This document shows positions 18,815-35,828 of a stretch of 64,000 nucleotides of DNA, in pieces. Where the stretch lies: positions 2,080 to 66,079 of the forward strand of contig DATLYZ010000011.1 in assembly GCA_035574255.1 (NCBI GenBank). The letters run 5' to 3'. The notes under the pieces were generated by a model. The model saw only the letters and a list, made by a program, of their open reading frames with translations. It made no database searches and was not told the origin of the DNA. Within the stretch, counting starts at the first letter, position 1. Each line of letters opens with the position of its first letter. The position numbers and the translations under genes are program-made. This stretch comes from Gemmatimonadales bacterium (GTDB taxonomy: Bacteria > Gemmatimonadota > Gemmatimonadetes > Gemmatimonadales > GWC2-71-9).

Positions 18815-20896
18815 ATGGCCGCCGTCGCCCTTGTTCCCCGCCCTGACCTCCTGGAGACCCGGGAGCCGCCCCGCGCTCCCCGGAACCCGAGGGTGGACAC
18901 CCTGCACGGGGAGGTGCGGGAAGATCCCTACTTCTGGCTTCGGGACCGGTCCGATCCCGCCGTGGTGGCCTACCTCGAGGCGGAGAATGCCTGGGCCGAG
19001 GCAGGGATGCGCCACACGGCCGAGCTCCAGGCTCGCCTGTACCAGGAGATGCTGGGCCGGGTTCAGGAAACCGATGTCACGGTACCCTACCGCCACGGCG
19101 CCTGGTGGTATTACAGCCGGACCGAGACGGGGCGGTCCTATCCCATCTACTGCCGGAAGCGCGAGAACCTGGAAGCCCCGGAGGAGGTGTATCTCGACCA
19201 GAACGCCCTGGCGGAGGGCCAGGCGTTTCACGCGCTGGGCGGGATGGACGTCAGTCCCGACGGCCGGTTCCTCCTGTACCTCGAGGACCTGACGGGCTCT
19301 CGGGAATACCTCCTCTCCGTGAAGGACCTCGCCACCGGAGCGGTCGTGGACCGGATCGAGCAGGTCTGGAACGGGACGGCCTGGGCCGAGGACAGTCGGA
19401 CGTTCTTCTACGTGACGGCCGACGCCGCCAAGCGGGGGCACGCGGTCTGGCGCCATGTCGTGGGCACGCCGCGCGACCGGGACACGCTGGTGTTCCGCGA
19501 GGACGACGTGCTCTACCACGTGAGCCTCCAGCGCTCCCGCAGCGGGAAGTACGTGCTGATCGCCTCGGAGGCGTTCACCAGTTCGGAATGGCGGGTGATC
19601 CCCACGGCCCGACCGACCGAGGAGCCGCGGGTCATCGCCTCCCGGCGACCGGGCGTGGAATACAGCGTGGAGCACGGCGAGGGGTGGTTCTACGTCTACA
19701 CCAACGACGGTGCGACCAACTTCAAGATCGTGCGGGCGCCGGAGCACCAGCCCGGACCCGAGCACTGGGAGGAATGGCTCCCCCATCGAGACGACGTGTT
19801 CATCGAGGGCCTGGACGTCTTCCAGCGCCACGCCGTGGTGATGGAACGGGCCCACGGCCTGCGCCGGCTCCGGGTGGTGGACCTGGAGGACGGTGCCGGG
19901 CACGACGTGACCTTCCCGGAGCCGGCCTATGGTGTGTTCCCGGCGGCGAACCCCGAGTTCCACACCGAGGTCTACCGGTTCACCTATTCGAGCCTGGTGA
20001 CGCCCGCGTCGGTGTTCGACTACAACCTCCGGACTGGCGTGCGGGAGCTCAAGAAGCGGCAGGAAATCCCGAGCGGGTTCGACCCGGACCGGTACGAAGT
20101 CCACCGCTTCATGGCGCCCGCGCGGGACGGTGCCCGGGTGCCGGTCTCGGTGCTGCTCCGGCGGGGCACGGCGCTCGACGGCAGTGCCGCCGCGCTGCTC
20201 TATGGCTACGGGGCCTACGGGATCACCGCCGAACCGACCTTCGACGCCAACGTGCTGAGCCTGGTGGACCGCGGCATGGTGTACGCCATCGCCCACGTCC
20301 GGGGGGGCCAGGAGCTGGGCCGCCGCTGGTACGACGACGGGAAGATGCTGAGGAAGAAGAACAGCTTCTTCGACTTCATTGACGTGGCCCTCGAGCTGAT
20401 CCGGCGGGGCTATGCCCGGCCCGAGCGGCTGGTGGCCATGGGGGGGAGCGCCGGGGGACTGCTGGTCGCCGCCGTGGCCAATCTCAGGCCGGACCTCTTC
20501 CGGGCCATCGTGGCCGACGTGCCGTTCGTGGACGTGATCAACACGATGCTCGACGCCTCGCTGCCGCTCACCGCCCAGGAGTGGGAGCAGTGGGGGGACC
20601 CGCGGGACCCCGAGCACTACGCCTACATGCGCTCGTACTCGCCGTACGATAACGTGGAGGCCAAGGCCTATCCCTGGATGCTCGTCACCACCGCGCTCAA
20701 CGATTCCCAGGTGATGTACTGGGAGCCGGCCAAGTGGGTGGCCCGGCTCCGGGCGCTCAAGACCGACCGCAATCCGCTCTACCTCAAGACCAACATGGCC
20801 GCCGGGCACACCGGGGCTTCCGGCCGCTACGACCGGCTCAAGGAGATCGCGTTCCGCTACGCGTTCGTACTCGACGCGGTGGGCCTGGCCGGGTGA
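18815..20896 (+). CDS. ptrB: S9 family serine peptidase, oligopeptidase B-like
   Basis: EDPYFWLRDRSDPAVVAYLEAEN at the N-terminus, the catalytic Ser context GGSAGGLLV, and a C-terminal GHTGASGR. Confidence 0.88.
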   Translation: MAAVALVPRPDLLETREPPRAPRNPRVDTLHGEVREDPYFWLRDRSDPAVVAYLEAENAWAEAGMRHTAELQARLYQEMLGRVQETDVTVPYRHGAWWYYSRTETGRSYPIYCRKRENLEAPEEVYLDQNALAEGQAFHALGGMDVSPDGRFLLYLEDLTGSREYLLSVKDLATGAVVDRIEQVWNGTAWAEDSRTFFYVTADAAKRGHAVWRHVVGTPRDRDTLVFREDDVLYHVSLQRSRSGKYVLIASEAFTSSEWRVIPTARPTEEPRVIASRRPGVEYSVEHGEGWFYVYTNDGATNFKIVRAPEHQPGPEHWEEWLPHRDDVFIEGLDVFQRHAVVMERAHGLRRLRVVDLEDGAGHDVTFPEPAYGVFPAANPEFHTEVYRFTYSSLVTPASVFDYNLRTGVRELKKRQEIPSGFDPDRYEVHRFMAPARDGARVPVSVLLRRGTALDGSAAALLYGYGAYGITAEPTFDANVLSLVDRGMVYAIAHVRGGQELGRRWYDDGKMLRKKNSFFDFIDVALELIRRGYARPERLVAMGGSAGGLLVAAVANLRPDLFRAIVADVPFVDVINTMLDASLPLTAQEWEQWGDPRDPEHYAYMRSYSPYDNVEAKAYPWMLVTTALNDSQVMYWEPAKWVARLRALKTDRNPLYLKTNMAAGHTGASGRYDRLKEIAFRYAFVLDAVGLAG

Positions 20897-20904
20897 GCGG
20901 TCCG

Positions 20905-21096
20905 ATGCAACTCCCCCGCTGGTTCGTCTGGGTCTGGGCTCTCGGAACCCTGATCAACATCTGGGGCGCCTACCTTGCCTATGGCCAGCACGAGATGCTC
21001 CACGGGCACGTGCACGCGGCCCTGACGCTCGTCTTCGGCTATGGCTGGATCAGGAAGGCGAACGCGAATGCGGCGCCGCTGACGGGGGGCGGGTAA
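20905..21096 (+). CDS. small hypothetical membrane protein (63 aa, two predicted TM helices)
   Basis: MQLPRWFVWVWALGTLINIWGAYLAY...AALTLVFGYGWI. No recognisable family and no clear RBS. Confidence 0.4.
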   Translation: MQLPRWFVWVWALGTLINIWGAYLAYGQHEMLHGHVHAALTLVFGYGWIRKANANAAPLTGGG

Positions 21097-21159
21097 ACGG
21101 GGGGGGCAGCCGGTACGCCGTGGCGCGTCCGGCGGAGCATCGGTCACCGGCAACCGACC

Positions 21160-22176
21160 TCAATCTTCCGGATATCCGTTCGGGTTCTCCCGCTGCCACC
21201 GCCAGGCGTCGGCGCACATCGCGTCGAGCCCGCGGGTGGCCGTCCACCCCAGCTCGGCCGCCGCGAGGGAGGGGTCGGAATAGCAGGTGGCGGCATCGCC
21301 CGGCCGCCGCGCCACGATGCGGTAGGGGATCTTCCGGCCGCTCGCCCGCTCGAAGGCGGCGATCATCTCGAGCACGCTGTAGCCCCGGCCCGTGCCCAGA
21401 TTCCAGGCGCGGCAGCAGGGTCCCTGGGCCAGCTTCTCCAGGGCACGCAGGTGTCCCAGGGCGAGATCCACCACGTGGATATAGTCGCGGACCCCGGTGC
21501 CGTCCGGCGTGGGATAGTCGTTCCCGTAGACTGGCAGCTCCCGGAGCTTGCCCACCGCGACCTGGGTGATGTAGGGGAGCAGGTTGTTGGGGACGCCGTT
21601 CGGGTCTTCGCCGATGCGCCCGCTCTCGTGGGCGCCCACCGGGTTGAAGTAGCGGAGCAGCGCGATCCGCCAGGTGGGGTCGGCCCGGTAGAGGTCGCGC
21701 AGCAGATCCTCGATGGCGAGTTTGGTGCGGCCGTAGGGGTTGGTCGCGCGGAGGGGAGCGTCCTCCTTCACCGGCACGTGATCCGGATCCCCGTAGACGG
21801 TAGCGGAGGAGCTGAACACCAGGGTCTTCACGCCGTGGCGCTCCATGGTCTCGGTGAGGATCAGGGTGCCGACCACGTTGTTCATCCAGTATCGCCGCGG
21901 CACCGACACCGATTCGCCCACCGCCTTGAGTCCGGCGAAATGGATGACCGATTCGACGGGCCGGGTCTGGAAGACCCGGTCCAGCGCCTCGCGATCCAGG
22001 AGATCCACGCGGTGGAATTCGAGCGAGCGCCCGGCGAGCTGCTGCACCCGCCGGAGCGCTTCCGGCTTGGCGTTGCTGAGATTGTCCACGACCACGACCT
22101 CGTGGCCGGCCTGGAGCAGCTCCAGCACGGTGTGGCTGCCGATGAACCCCGCCCCGCCTGTGACCAGGATCGCCAT
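21160..22176 (-). CDS. galE: UDP-glucose 4-epimerase
   Basis: [34 protein letters not shown] (YxxxK); 338 aa. Confidence 0.93.
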   Translation of the reverse strand: MAILVTGGAGFIGSHTVLELLQAGHEVVVVDNLSNAKPEALRRVQQLAGRSLEFHRVDLLDREALDRVFQTRPVESVIHFAGLKAVGESVSVPRRYWMNNVVGTLILTETMERHGVKTLVFSSSATVYGDPDHVPVKEDAPLRATNPYGRTKLAIEDLLRDLYRADPTWRIALLRYFNPVGAHESGRIGEDPNGVPNNLLPYITQVAVGKLRELPVYGNDYPTPDGTGVRDYIHVVDLALGHLRALEKLAQGPCCRAWNLGTGRGYSVLEMIAAFERASGRKIPYRIVARRPGDAATCYSDPSLAAAELGWTATRGLDAMCADAWRWQRENPNGYPED

Positions 22177-22326
22177 GGGACTCCTCAGGTGCGCCGATCG
22201 CCTTCGCCTGCCGGAGCAGGGAATGTAGCCACCCGAGGGGGATCCCGGCCCACTCCGCCCGGAACCGGCGGTACGGGGCGCGCCGGCCCCCGCCCCCCTC
22301 GCCACGCGCGTTGGGCGCCGAGCCGC

Positions 22327-23298
22327 TCACTCCTCCGGGGGGCCCGAGGCCCGCGCCACCTGGTCCGGCTTGACCTTGGCCGGATCGAACTTCCGGGCGC
22401 TCGCCAGCATTTTCTCGATCGTCTCGTCGAAATCGGCTTTCTGGCCTCGCTTGAGGGTAAAGCGGAGCGGATTGATCCGGGCCAGAACGAACGCCTTGAG
22501 ATACGGGCTCTCGAAGCCGCGCGCCTTCAACTTGGCGACCGCCTCGCTCACGGCGGCGTCGAGCTCCAAGAGCCTCGCGGCCCGCGCCCGGCGGATCTCG
22601 AGGGCGTGGGACAACCTGGCCCCCAAGAAGCTCTCGACCCGCCGGAGCACCGGGTGGTACGCCCCGCCCGAGAACCGGCCGTTCTTGAGGTAGCAGCAGC
22701 CCAGGGTGAGCAGCGCCGGTTCTTCGAACTCGGTCTCGTAGCTCTTCTCCGGGCGGTCATCCAGCTCGGCGAGCGCGGCGGCCAGCCGGATCACCTCGAG
22801 GGCCCGCTCCCGCACGTTGTGGGCCTTCTCGGTGTTGAGCACCAGGATGCGATGAGCGACCTCCAGCTCCGGCACCACCAACGCCGTGATCGCGCGCGCG
22901 CCGAGTGCCCGCATCGCGGCCAGCCGGTGATGGCCGTTCGGCGTCCAGTAGCGGCCGTCCTCGGTGCGGACCGCGATGACCGGATCCATGAAGCGGCCCA
23001 GCCGCGCGATGGCGTCGGCCAGGCGCTTGACGTGGGTCTCGGAGAGGTCGCGCTGGTAGGGGGTCGGCTCCACTCGTTCGATCGGGAGCGCGGCGAGCAC
23101 CTGCCACTGCCCGTCGAGGGGCTCGCGGTAGGCCCCGACCACCGCGCCGCCGTCCTCGCTGATCGCCTTCGTGAGGCGCTCGATGGGGGCCGGCGGTTCG
23201 GCACCGGCCACCTGCCTCGGGGTCAGGCCGCGCGGCTCGGCCGTCTTCCTGGTCCGGCGGCGGGAGGTCCGGGCCCCGGGTTTGGTCGTCTCAGCCAT
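22327..23298 (-). CDS. ParB/Srx-fold N-terminal domain protein, orphan (no parA nearby)
   Basis: PIERVEPTPYQRDL, PVIAVRTEDGRYWTPNGHHRLAAMRALG (DGHHR-type ParB N-domain motif), and a helical C-terminal region of about 180 aa from an unknown family. Confidence 0.65.
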   Translation of the reverse strand: MAETTKPGARTSRRRTRKTAEPRGLTPRQVAGAEPPAPIERLTKAISEDGGAVVGAYREPLDGQWQVLAALPIERVEPTPYQRDLSETHVKRLADAIARLGRFMDPVIAVRTEDGRYWTPNGHHRLAAMRALGARAITALVVPELEVAHRILVLNTEKAHNVRERALEVIRLAAALAELDDRPEKSYETEFEEPALLTLGCCYLKNGRFSGGAYHPVLRRVESFLGARLSHALEIRRARAARLLELDAAVSEAVAKLKARGFESPYLKAFVLARINPLRFTLKRGQKADFDETIEKMLASARKFDPAKVKPDQVARASGPPEE

Positions 23299-23481
23299 GA
23301 TGGTCCCCGGGTGGATGCCCGGAGCGGTATCGCGTCCAGCGACCGGGTCTGCGGGGCGTTCCCGGATCCTCCGCACCGAGGACGGCGCCGCCTGGGACCC
23401 GCGGCTCGCCTCCACCGCCTGCCGCAACATCCGCCACGGCGTGGCGGAAGGCGGTGATCACCTCCCTTGACCGTTCGCCGC

Positions 23482-24171
23482 TCACCGGAACGACACCAGC
23501 TCCACCTCGAACACCAGGGTCTGGTTGGGCCCGATCCGTGGCGGGGATCCGGCCGGACCATAGGCCAGGTCGCTCGGAATCCAGAACTGGTACTTCGAGC
23601 CGGGGGTCATGAGCTGGACTCCCTCGGTCCACCCCGGGATCACCCGGTTCAGCGGGAAGCTCACCGGCTCGGCGCCGGACCGGTCGAACTCGGTACCGTC
23701 CAGCAAGGTGCCGCGATAGTGCACGGTGACCGTGCTGGTCGCCTTGGGACGCTGCCCGGTCCCCTCCTTCAGCACCTTGTACTGCAGGCCGCTCGCGGTG
23801 GTCTTGACGCCGGGCTCGGTCTTGTTGCGGGCCAGGAACGCGTCGCCCGCTTTCCGGTTGTCGATCGCCGCCACGGAGTCCCGGGCCCGCTGGGCGGAGA
23901 TCATCTGGACCTGGAACGACGCCATGGCGCTCTGCATCTGTTCGTCGGTCAACTCGGCCTTGCCGCCCCCGAGCCCGTCGCTGAGGCCCCGCAGGATGAC
24001 GCCGGGGGCGAGCTTGACCGACTGCTGTTTGGCCTGGCTCCCCAACTGGTACCCCAGGACGTAGCTCACGCTGTCTTCGAGCGAGACGATCTTGGCACGG
24101 CCGGCCGAACCCGCCTGCTGGCCGCAGCCCATCACGGCGGCGCCCAGAACAGCGAAGGCCAGTGGTTTCAT
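23482..24171 (-). CDS. FKBP-type peptidyl-prolyl cis-trans isomerase lipoprotein (FkpA/Mip-like)
   Basis: Lipobox AAVMGC. VTVHYRGTLLDGTEFDRS, RVIPGWTEGVQLM, LVFEVELV. Confidence 0.9.
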   Translation of the reverse strand: MKPLAFAVLGAAVMGCGQQAGSAGRAKIVSLEDSVSYVLGYQLGSQAKQQSVKLAPGVILRGLSDGLGGGKAELTDEQMQSAMASFQVQMISAQRARDSVAAIDNRKAGDAFLARNKTEPGVKTTASGLQYKVLKEGTGQRPKATSTVTVHYRGTLLDGTEFDRSGAEPVSFPLNRVIPGWTEGVQLMTPGSKYQFWIPSDLAYGPAGSPPRIGPNQTLVFEVELVSFR

Positions 24172-24390
24172 GCAATCTCCTGGAGAGGAAAGGGTGGAGC
24201 CATTCCGTTGCGAGGCCGCAATATAGCGGACCCGCCGGCCGCACGCCCGGCCCCGGCCGGGTTCGAGAACCTGGCGGCCCCGCCTAAGGCTTGAGCGCCC
24301 CACGGCCGATGCTGAGAAGTGCCGATGCCGGAGGCCGGCCCAACCGGCCTGGCAGTGGTGTGTGCTCGTCGGGGAGGGCCCTGGGTGCGG

Positions 24391-28430
<4,040 letters not shown>

Positions 28431-28434
<4 letters not shown>

Positions 28435-28817
28435 ATCGGCCCTACCTGCTCGCGGTGGATGACGAGCCCGACATGGCCGTGCTCGTGGCCGAGGTGGCGG
28501 AGCTGGAGGGCTACGAGGCGCAGGCCCTGACCTCCGGCCCGGCCCTCCTCGCCGAGCTGGCCCATCGCGCGGCGGACGTCATCGTCCTGGACGTGGTGAT
28601 GCCCGAGATGGACGGCATCGAACTCTGCCGCCGCCTGGCGGAACGGCAGTGCGCCGCCGCGCTCGTCTTGATCAGCGGCTACGACGGCCGCTACCTGCAC
28701 GACGTGGAGGCCCTCGCGCGAGCGCACCAGCTCCGAGTGGCCGCCACCCTCACCAAGCCGCTGAACCTCGCCGAACTCCGGGCCGTGCTCCGGGCTCTGG
28801 CCGGGAGGAATCCGTGA
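28431..28817 (+). CDS. stand-alone response regulator receiver protein
   Basis: ATGA overlap with the kinase stop. LLAVDDEPD, VIVLDVVMPEMDG, LTKP. Confidence 0.85.
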
Positions 28818-30007
28818 CGGCGCCCGCCCGCCCGCGGCTCCTCGTGGTGGACGATGAAGCCGACATGGCCGACTTCATCCGGGAGGTGGCGCAGGGCGCC
28901 GGCTTCGAGGCGCGGGCGGTCACCACCGGCCGTGCGTTCCGGGAGAACTACCACCCCGACCTCGACGTGGTGGTGCTGGATCTCCTCATGCCCCAGGTGG
29001 ACGGCGTCGAGCTGCTCCGCTTCCTGGCCGGCGAGCGGTGCGGCGCCGGCGTGATCCTCGTGAGCGGGTTCGACCCGAAGGTGCTCCGCACCGCGAAGGA
29101 ACTCGCTGCGATGGAAGGGCTCCAGGTCCTCGGCACCCTGGCCAAGCCATTTCAGGTGGACGCGCTCCGCCAGCTCCTGGCCCGCCGCCCCCCGCCTGCC
29201 GCGACGGCGGACCCCAGCCCGCCGGAACCGGCCCCCACCGAGACCGCGCTGCGTCGCGCCATCGAGGAGCGCGCGATCGTTCCCTGGTTCCAACCCCAGG
29301 TGGTGATCCCCACGGGAACGCTGGCCGGGGTGGAGGCGCTCGCCCGGTGGCGGCAGCCGGATGGCAGGGTGCTCGGCCCGGCGCGTTTCCTCCCGCTCGC
29401 GCGCGAGACGGGCCTGATCGAGCCGCTCACCGACGCCATGCTGGCCCAGAGCGTGGCCCAGCTCGCGGCCTGGGACGCCGCCGGCCTGGCACCCCGACTC
29501 TCCCTCAACCTCGAGGCGTCCTCCCTGCGCGACGTGGCGTTGCCGGATCGTCTGGCCCGGCATCTGGCGCAGGAGGGGATCGCCCCCGATCGCCTGGTGG
29601 TGGAGATCACGGAAGCCGAGCTCCTGCCCCAACTCGGTTGCTCGCTGGAGGTGCTGGCACGCCTGCGGATGAAAGGCATCGGCCTCTCGATTGACGATTT
29701 CGGAACCGGCTACGCGACCCTGCAGCAACTGCGGCTGGCTCCGTTCACCGAGCTCAAGATTGACCGCGGGTTCATCGAGGCGATGGGCAGCGACGCCGGC
29801 GCGCGCGCCATCGTCGAGGCGTCGCTCCGGCTGGGCCATGAGCTGGGGCTCCGGGTGGTGGCCGAAGGAGTGGCGGACGAGGGGACCTGGAACCGGTTGC
29901 GGGACCTGGGATGCGATGAGGCCCAGGGCTACTTCATCAGTCCACCGATGCCGGCGGACCGGCTGGTGCCCTGGATGAGGGGGGTGCGCGTCCCCGGGTT
30001 GTCGTGA
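28814..30007 (+). CDS. response regulator with EAL domain (c-di-GMP phosphodiesterase)
   Basis: GTGA overlap with the upstream gene. REC: LLVVDDEADM, VVVLDLLMPQVDG. EAL: FQPQV...GVEALARW, LSLNLE, VVEITE, SIDDFGTGYA, LKIDR, VAEGV, QGYF. Confidence 0.9.
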   Translation: MTAPARPRLLVVDDEADMADFIREVAQGAGFEARAVTTGRAFRENYHPDLDVVVLDLLMPQVDGVELLRFLAGERCGAGVILVSGFDPKVLRTAKELAAMEGLQVLGTLAKPFQVDALRQLLARRPPPAATADPSPPEPAPTETALRRAIEERAIVPWFQPQVVIPTGTLAGVEALARWRQPDGRVLGPARFLPLARETGLIEPLTDAMLAQSVAQLAAWDAAGLAPRLSLNLEASSLRDVALPDRLARHLAQEGIAPDRLVVEITEAELLPQLGCSLEVLARLRMKGIGLSIDDFGTGYATLQQLRLAPFTELKIDRGFIEAMGSDAGARAIVEASLRLGHELGLRVVAEGVADEGTWNRLRDLGCDEAQGYFISPPMPADRLVPWMRGVRVPGLS

Positions 30008-30116
30008 GCGGGTACGCCGCCTATCCTACACGCTGATCCGGATCGGCCCAGCCCGATCAGCGGATCCTCGCACGACAGGAGACGCCACGCAGCGGCCGCG
30101 ATACCCTTCGTGGGCG

Positions 30117-31210
30117 GTGAACTTCCTGCTGCTCACCCTGTCCGCCACCCTCGCGCTCGGCCTGGGGGAGTTCGCCGTGCGCATCCTTCGGCCCCAGCAG
30201 CTCCGGCACCTGGGGGCTATCTACCGGCCGGCCGACACCATCGGCTTCGAGCGGCGGCCCGACCTGCACACCCGGGCGAATCTGGGCGACCGCTGGGTGG
30301 ACGTCATCACCGATCACCAGGGATTTCGGGTTGGCCGGGCCGGCCGGGTCGAGGCGGACACTCGGGTGCTCCTCCTAGGCGACTCCTTCGTGGAAGCGCT
30401 GGGCGTGACCTACGAAGAGTCGTTTGCCGGCCTGCTCCAGGCGCGCCTCCCCGCCCGCCTCGGACGTCCGGTGGCGGTCCGCAATGGAGGGGTGAGCGGG
30501 TATTCCCCGTCGCACTACCTCCTCGCCGCCGAGCGGGCGCTGCGACGGGAGCCGTTCGCTCTGGTGGTGGTGGCGATCTAACTGGGGAACGACCTGCTCT
30601 CCGACTCGACCCGCTACCACCGGCCGTTCCACCGCGCCCGCGAACCCCGGCCGCGGGCACCGCGCCGCTGGACACCCAGGGAGTTCAACCGGCGGTCGTC
30701 CTCCCGATCATGCTGCGCCTGGTGGCCCGCTCGCACCTCGCGGCCCTGGTCTGGAACGAAACCGACCTGCTGCGGGCCCGGATCGGCTTGCTGGAGTGGC
30801 AGTTCCCCGGGGGCGTGCTCCGCGAGAGGGCGGGGAGCCGGGACTGGACGGTGACGGCGAGCTTCTGCCGCGGCATCCATCAGCTGGTCGCCGCGCAGGG
30901 GGGGCGGACGATCTTTCTCCTGTTGCCGGAGCGGCTCCAGCTGGATCCGCCCCTCCTCTCCCGCTACGCGAGCGCGCTCGGGGTGGATACCGCCGACGTG
31001 GACCCGGAACAGCCGAATCGCCTGCTGGGGAGGGAACTCGCTCGCGAGGGACTGGTCGTGCTCGACGCGCTTCCCGTTCTGCGCCAGGCCTACGCCGCCG
31101 GGCAAGAGGTGTACGGGAACGTGGACCTGCACCTGGGGCGGGCCGGTCATGCGATCGTCGCGGAACTCCTCGAGCCAGCGGTCCAGGAGGCTCTCACCTC
31201 GGCGAAGTAA
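30117..31210 (+). pseudogene. SGNH/GDSL hydrolase disrupted by an in-frame TAA (30579-30581) and a frameshift near 30650-30690
   Basis: Block I LLLGDSF and block II NGGVSGY precede the stop. Block III LGNDL follows it immediately in the same frame (VVVAI*LGNDLLSD). The sensible C-terminus (NVDLHLGRAGHAIV, block V DxxH) is only readable in the frame of ORF 30110..31210. Confidence 0.65.
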
Positions 31211-31216
31211 CAGAAC

Positions 31217-31256
31217 GGTGAACGGGCTTCTCGGTTCGAGGCCGTGCCCGTTCACC
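31217..31256. terminator. hairpin (11-bp perfect stem) between convergent genes
   Basis: GGTGAACGGGC-18 nt-GCCCGTTCACC read directly, located between the stops at 31210 (+) and 31291 (-). Confidence 0.5.
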
Positions 31257-31290
31257 GTGTATCGTTCACCGCTCGCCGCTCGCCGTTACC

Positions 31291-32193
31291 TCAGCTCGTC
31301 CCCCCGGTCTTGGTCACGGTATAGCTCCCACAGGCGGTGAAGGTGATCTGCACATGGGTCACCACCGCGTTCCGGGTCACCACCAGTTCGAGCTGGCCGC
31401 TGTCGAGGCGCGGCCTGAGCGTGCAGGACGGATCGAAGTGGAGCGGCACGACGGTCTGGGTCTGGACACTCCAGCTCCCCTCGGGCCTGGTCCAGGTGGA
31501 GAGGCCGTCCAGGGTCCAGGTGCCGGCTGGAAGGGGCTGGCCGTGGGCGATCGTGCCCGGCGTGTCGGCGGTGAAGTGCGCGACCCAGTCCTTGGTGTGG
31601 GTCGCGTGCCGCCCGGCACTGTTCGTGATGTCCGTGACGAACCCGGTGATCAGATGGCCCAGCGTGTCCGGGTTGGCCCCGACCTCGCGTTCGCCGTTGT
31701 GGCGCACCGAGAGCCACCGGTGGGTCACCGTGTTGCTGTCGGTGTGGGTGAAGTCGGTGAAGCGCGACCGCCAGTGGTACCCCGTCGTGGTGGGGAACGG
31801 ATCCACCAGATCAATGGTCCCGTCCATGCTGACGTGGAACGGGCCGCGCTGGAAGTCGCAGGCGCTGAAATCGAAGCGCACCGAGTCGGGCACCGCATCG
31901 GCGTCGGAGTTGGTGGGCGGGAAGGGGCTCACCCCCACGAGGCAGATCGGCGGCGCGCCGGCGGGACGGAATCCCGCGAGGGGCGCGCCGAGTTGGACCC
32001 CGGTGGCGGCGTCGAATTCGGAGGCATCCACCAGGTCCGCCACGTCGGCGGTGACGGTCTCGCCCAGATCGGCGACCTGGGTGGTATTGAGCCCTCCGGC
32101 CGGGCTGGGGCCGCTGGATTCGCTGCAGGCGGCGAGGAGGAGGACCCCCGCGGTCGCGGCGGCGAGACGGGAACGCATGCGCAGGCTGGACAT
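31291..32193 (-). CDS. hypothetical lipoprotein (300 aa), unknown family
   Basis: MSSLRMRSRLAAATAGVLLLAACSESS lipobox. Composition after it is Thr/Asp/His-rich and looks coding. No recognisable motif. Confidence 0.6.
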   Translation of the reverse strand: MSSLRMRSRLAAATAGVLLLAACSESSGPSPAGGLNTTQVADLGETVTADVADLVDASEFDAATGVQLGAPLAGFRPAGAPPICLVGVSPFPPTNSDADAVPDSVRFDFSACDFQRGPFHVSMDGTIDLVDPFPTTTGYHWRSRFTDFTHTDSNTVTHRWLSVRHNGEREVGANPDTLGHLITGFVTDITNSAGRHATHTKDWVAHFTADTPGTIAHGQPLPAGTWTLDGLSTWTRPEGSWSVQTQTVVPLHFDPSCTLRPRLDSGQLELVVTRNAVVTHVQITFTACGSYTVTKTGGTS

Positions 32194-32369
32194 AGACGCT
32201 GCTCCAGGTTTCGACAATCGATGGGTCTGTCTGGCTGCCAGGTTCGCTCCGTATAGACTGCCGGGCGCGCGCGGTGTTAACTGGTGAGGCAGCTCACACT
32301 CGCCGCGCCGCTGCCGCCGGGCGCCAAGTGCCGGCCGGGCGCCCCGGGGCTGGGACGGAACGGTCCCCG

Positions 32370-32594
32370 TCACGCGCCGCCGGCGCCCTCCACGCCTCCC
32401 CGCTCGCAGCCGAACCATCCCGCCCGTGCCAGGATTCGCTCGAGCGGGCAGAATCCCGTGAAGCTCGATTGCAGGAGGTTCAAGCCCACGAACGCGGTGA
32501 AGAGGAACCAGGCGGGATGGCCCCACCAGCCCAGGGCGAGGGACAGGAGGACAAAGCTTCCCGCGAACCGGCGAATCACGTTCTCACGACACAT
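32370..32594 (-). CDS. DUF2892 (YgaP-like) small membrane protein
   Basis: ATG 32594 with GGAGG upstream. NVIRRFAGSFVLLSLALGWWGHPAWFLFTAFVGLNLLQSSFTGFCP matches the two-TM DUF2892 pattern. Lies 52 nt downstream of the RND pump on the same strand. Confidence 0.65.
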   Translation of the reverse strand: MCRENVIRRFAGSFVLLSLALGWWGHPAWFLFTAFVGLNLLQSSFTGFCPLERILARAGWFGCERGGVEGAGGA

Positions 32595-32646
32595 GGTTGA
32601 ATCCTCCGTCTCTTGGGTGTACGGCGCCCCGTTACCCGTCACCGGG

Positions 32647-35826
<3,180 letters not shown>

Positions 35827-35828
35827 CG

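Noticed and set aside
20734-20904. The upstream 57 codons of ORF 20734-21096.
   Set aside because: They overlap the 3' end of the oligopeptidase B gene in another frame. Only the portion from ATG 20905, a hydrophobic two-helix peptide, is plausible, and even that is low confidence.
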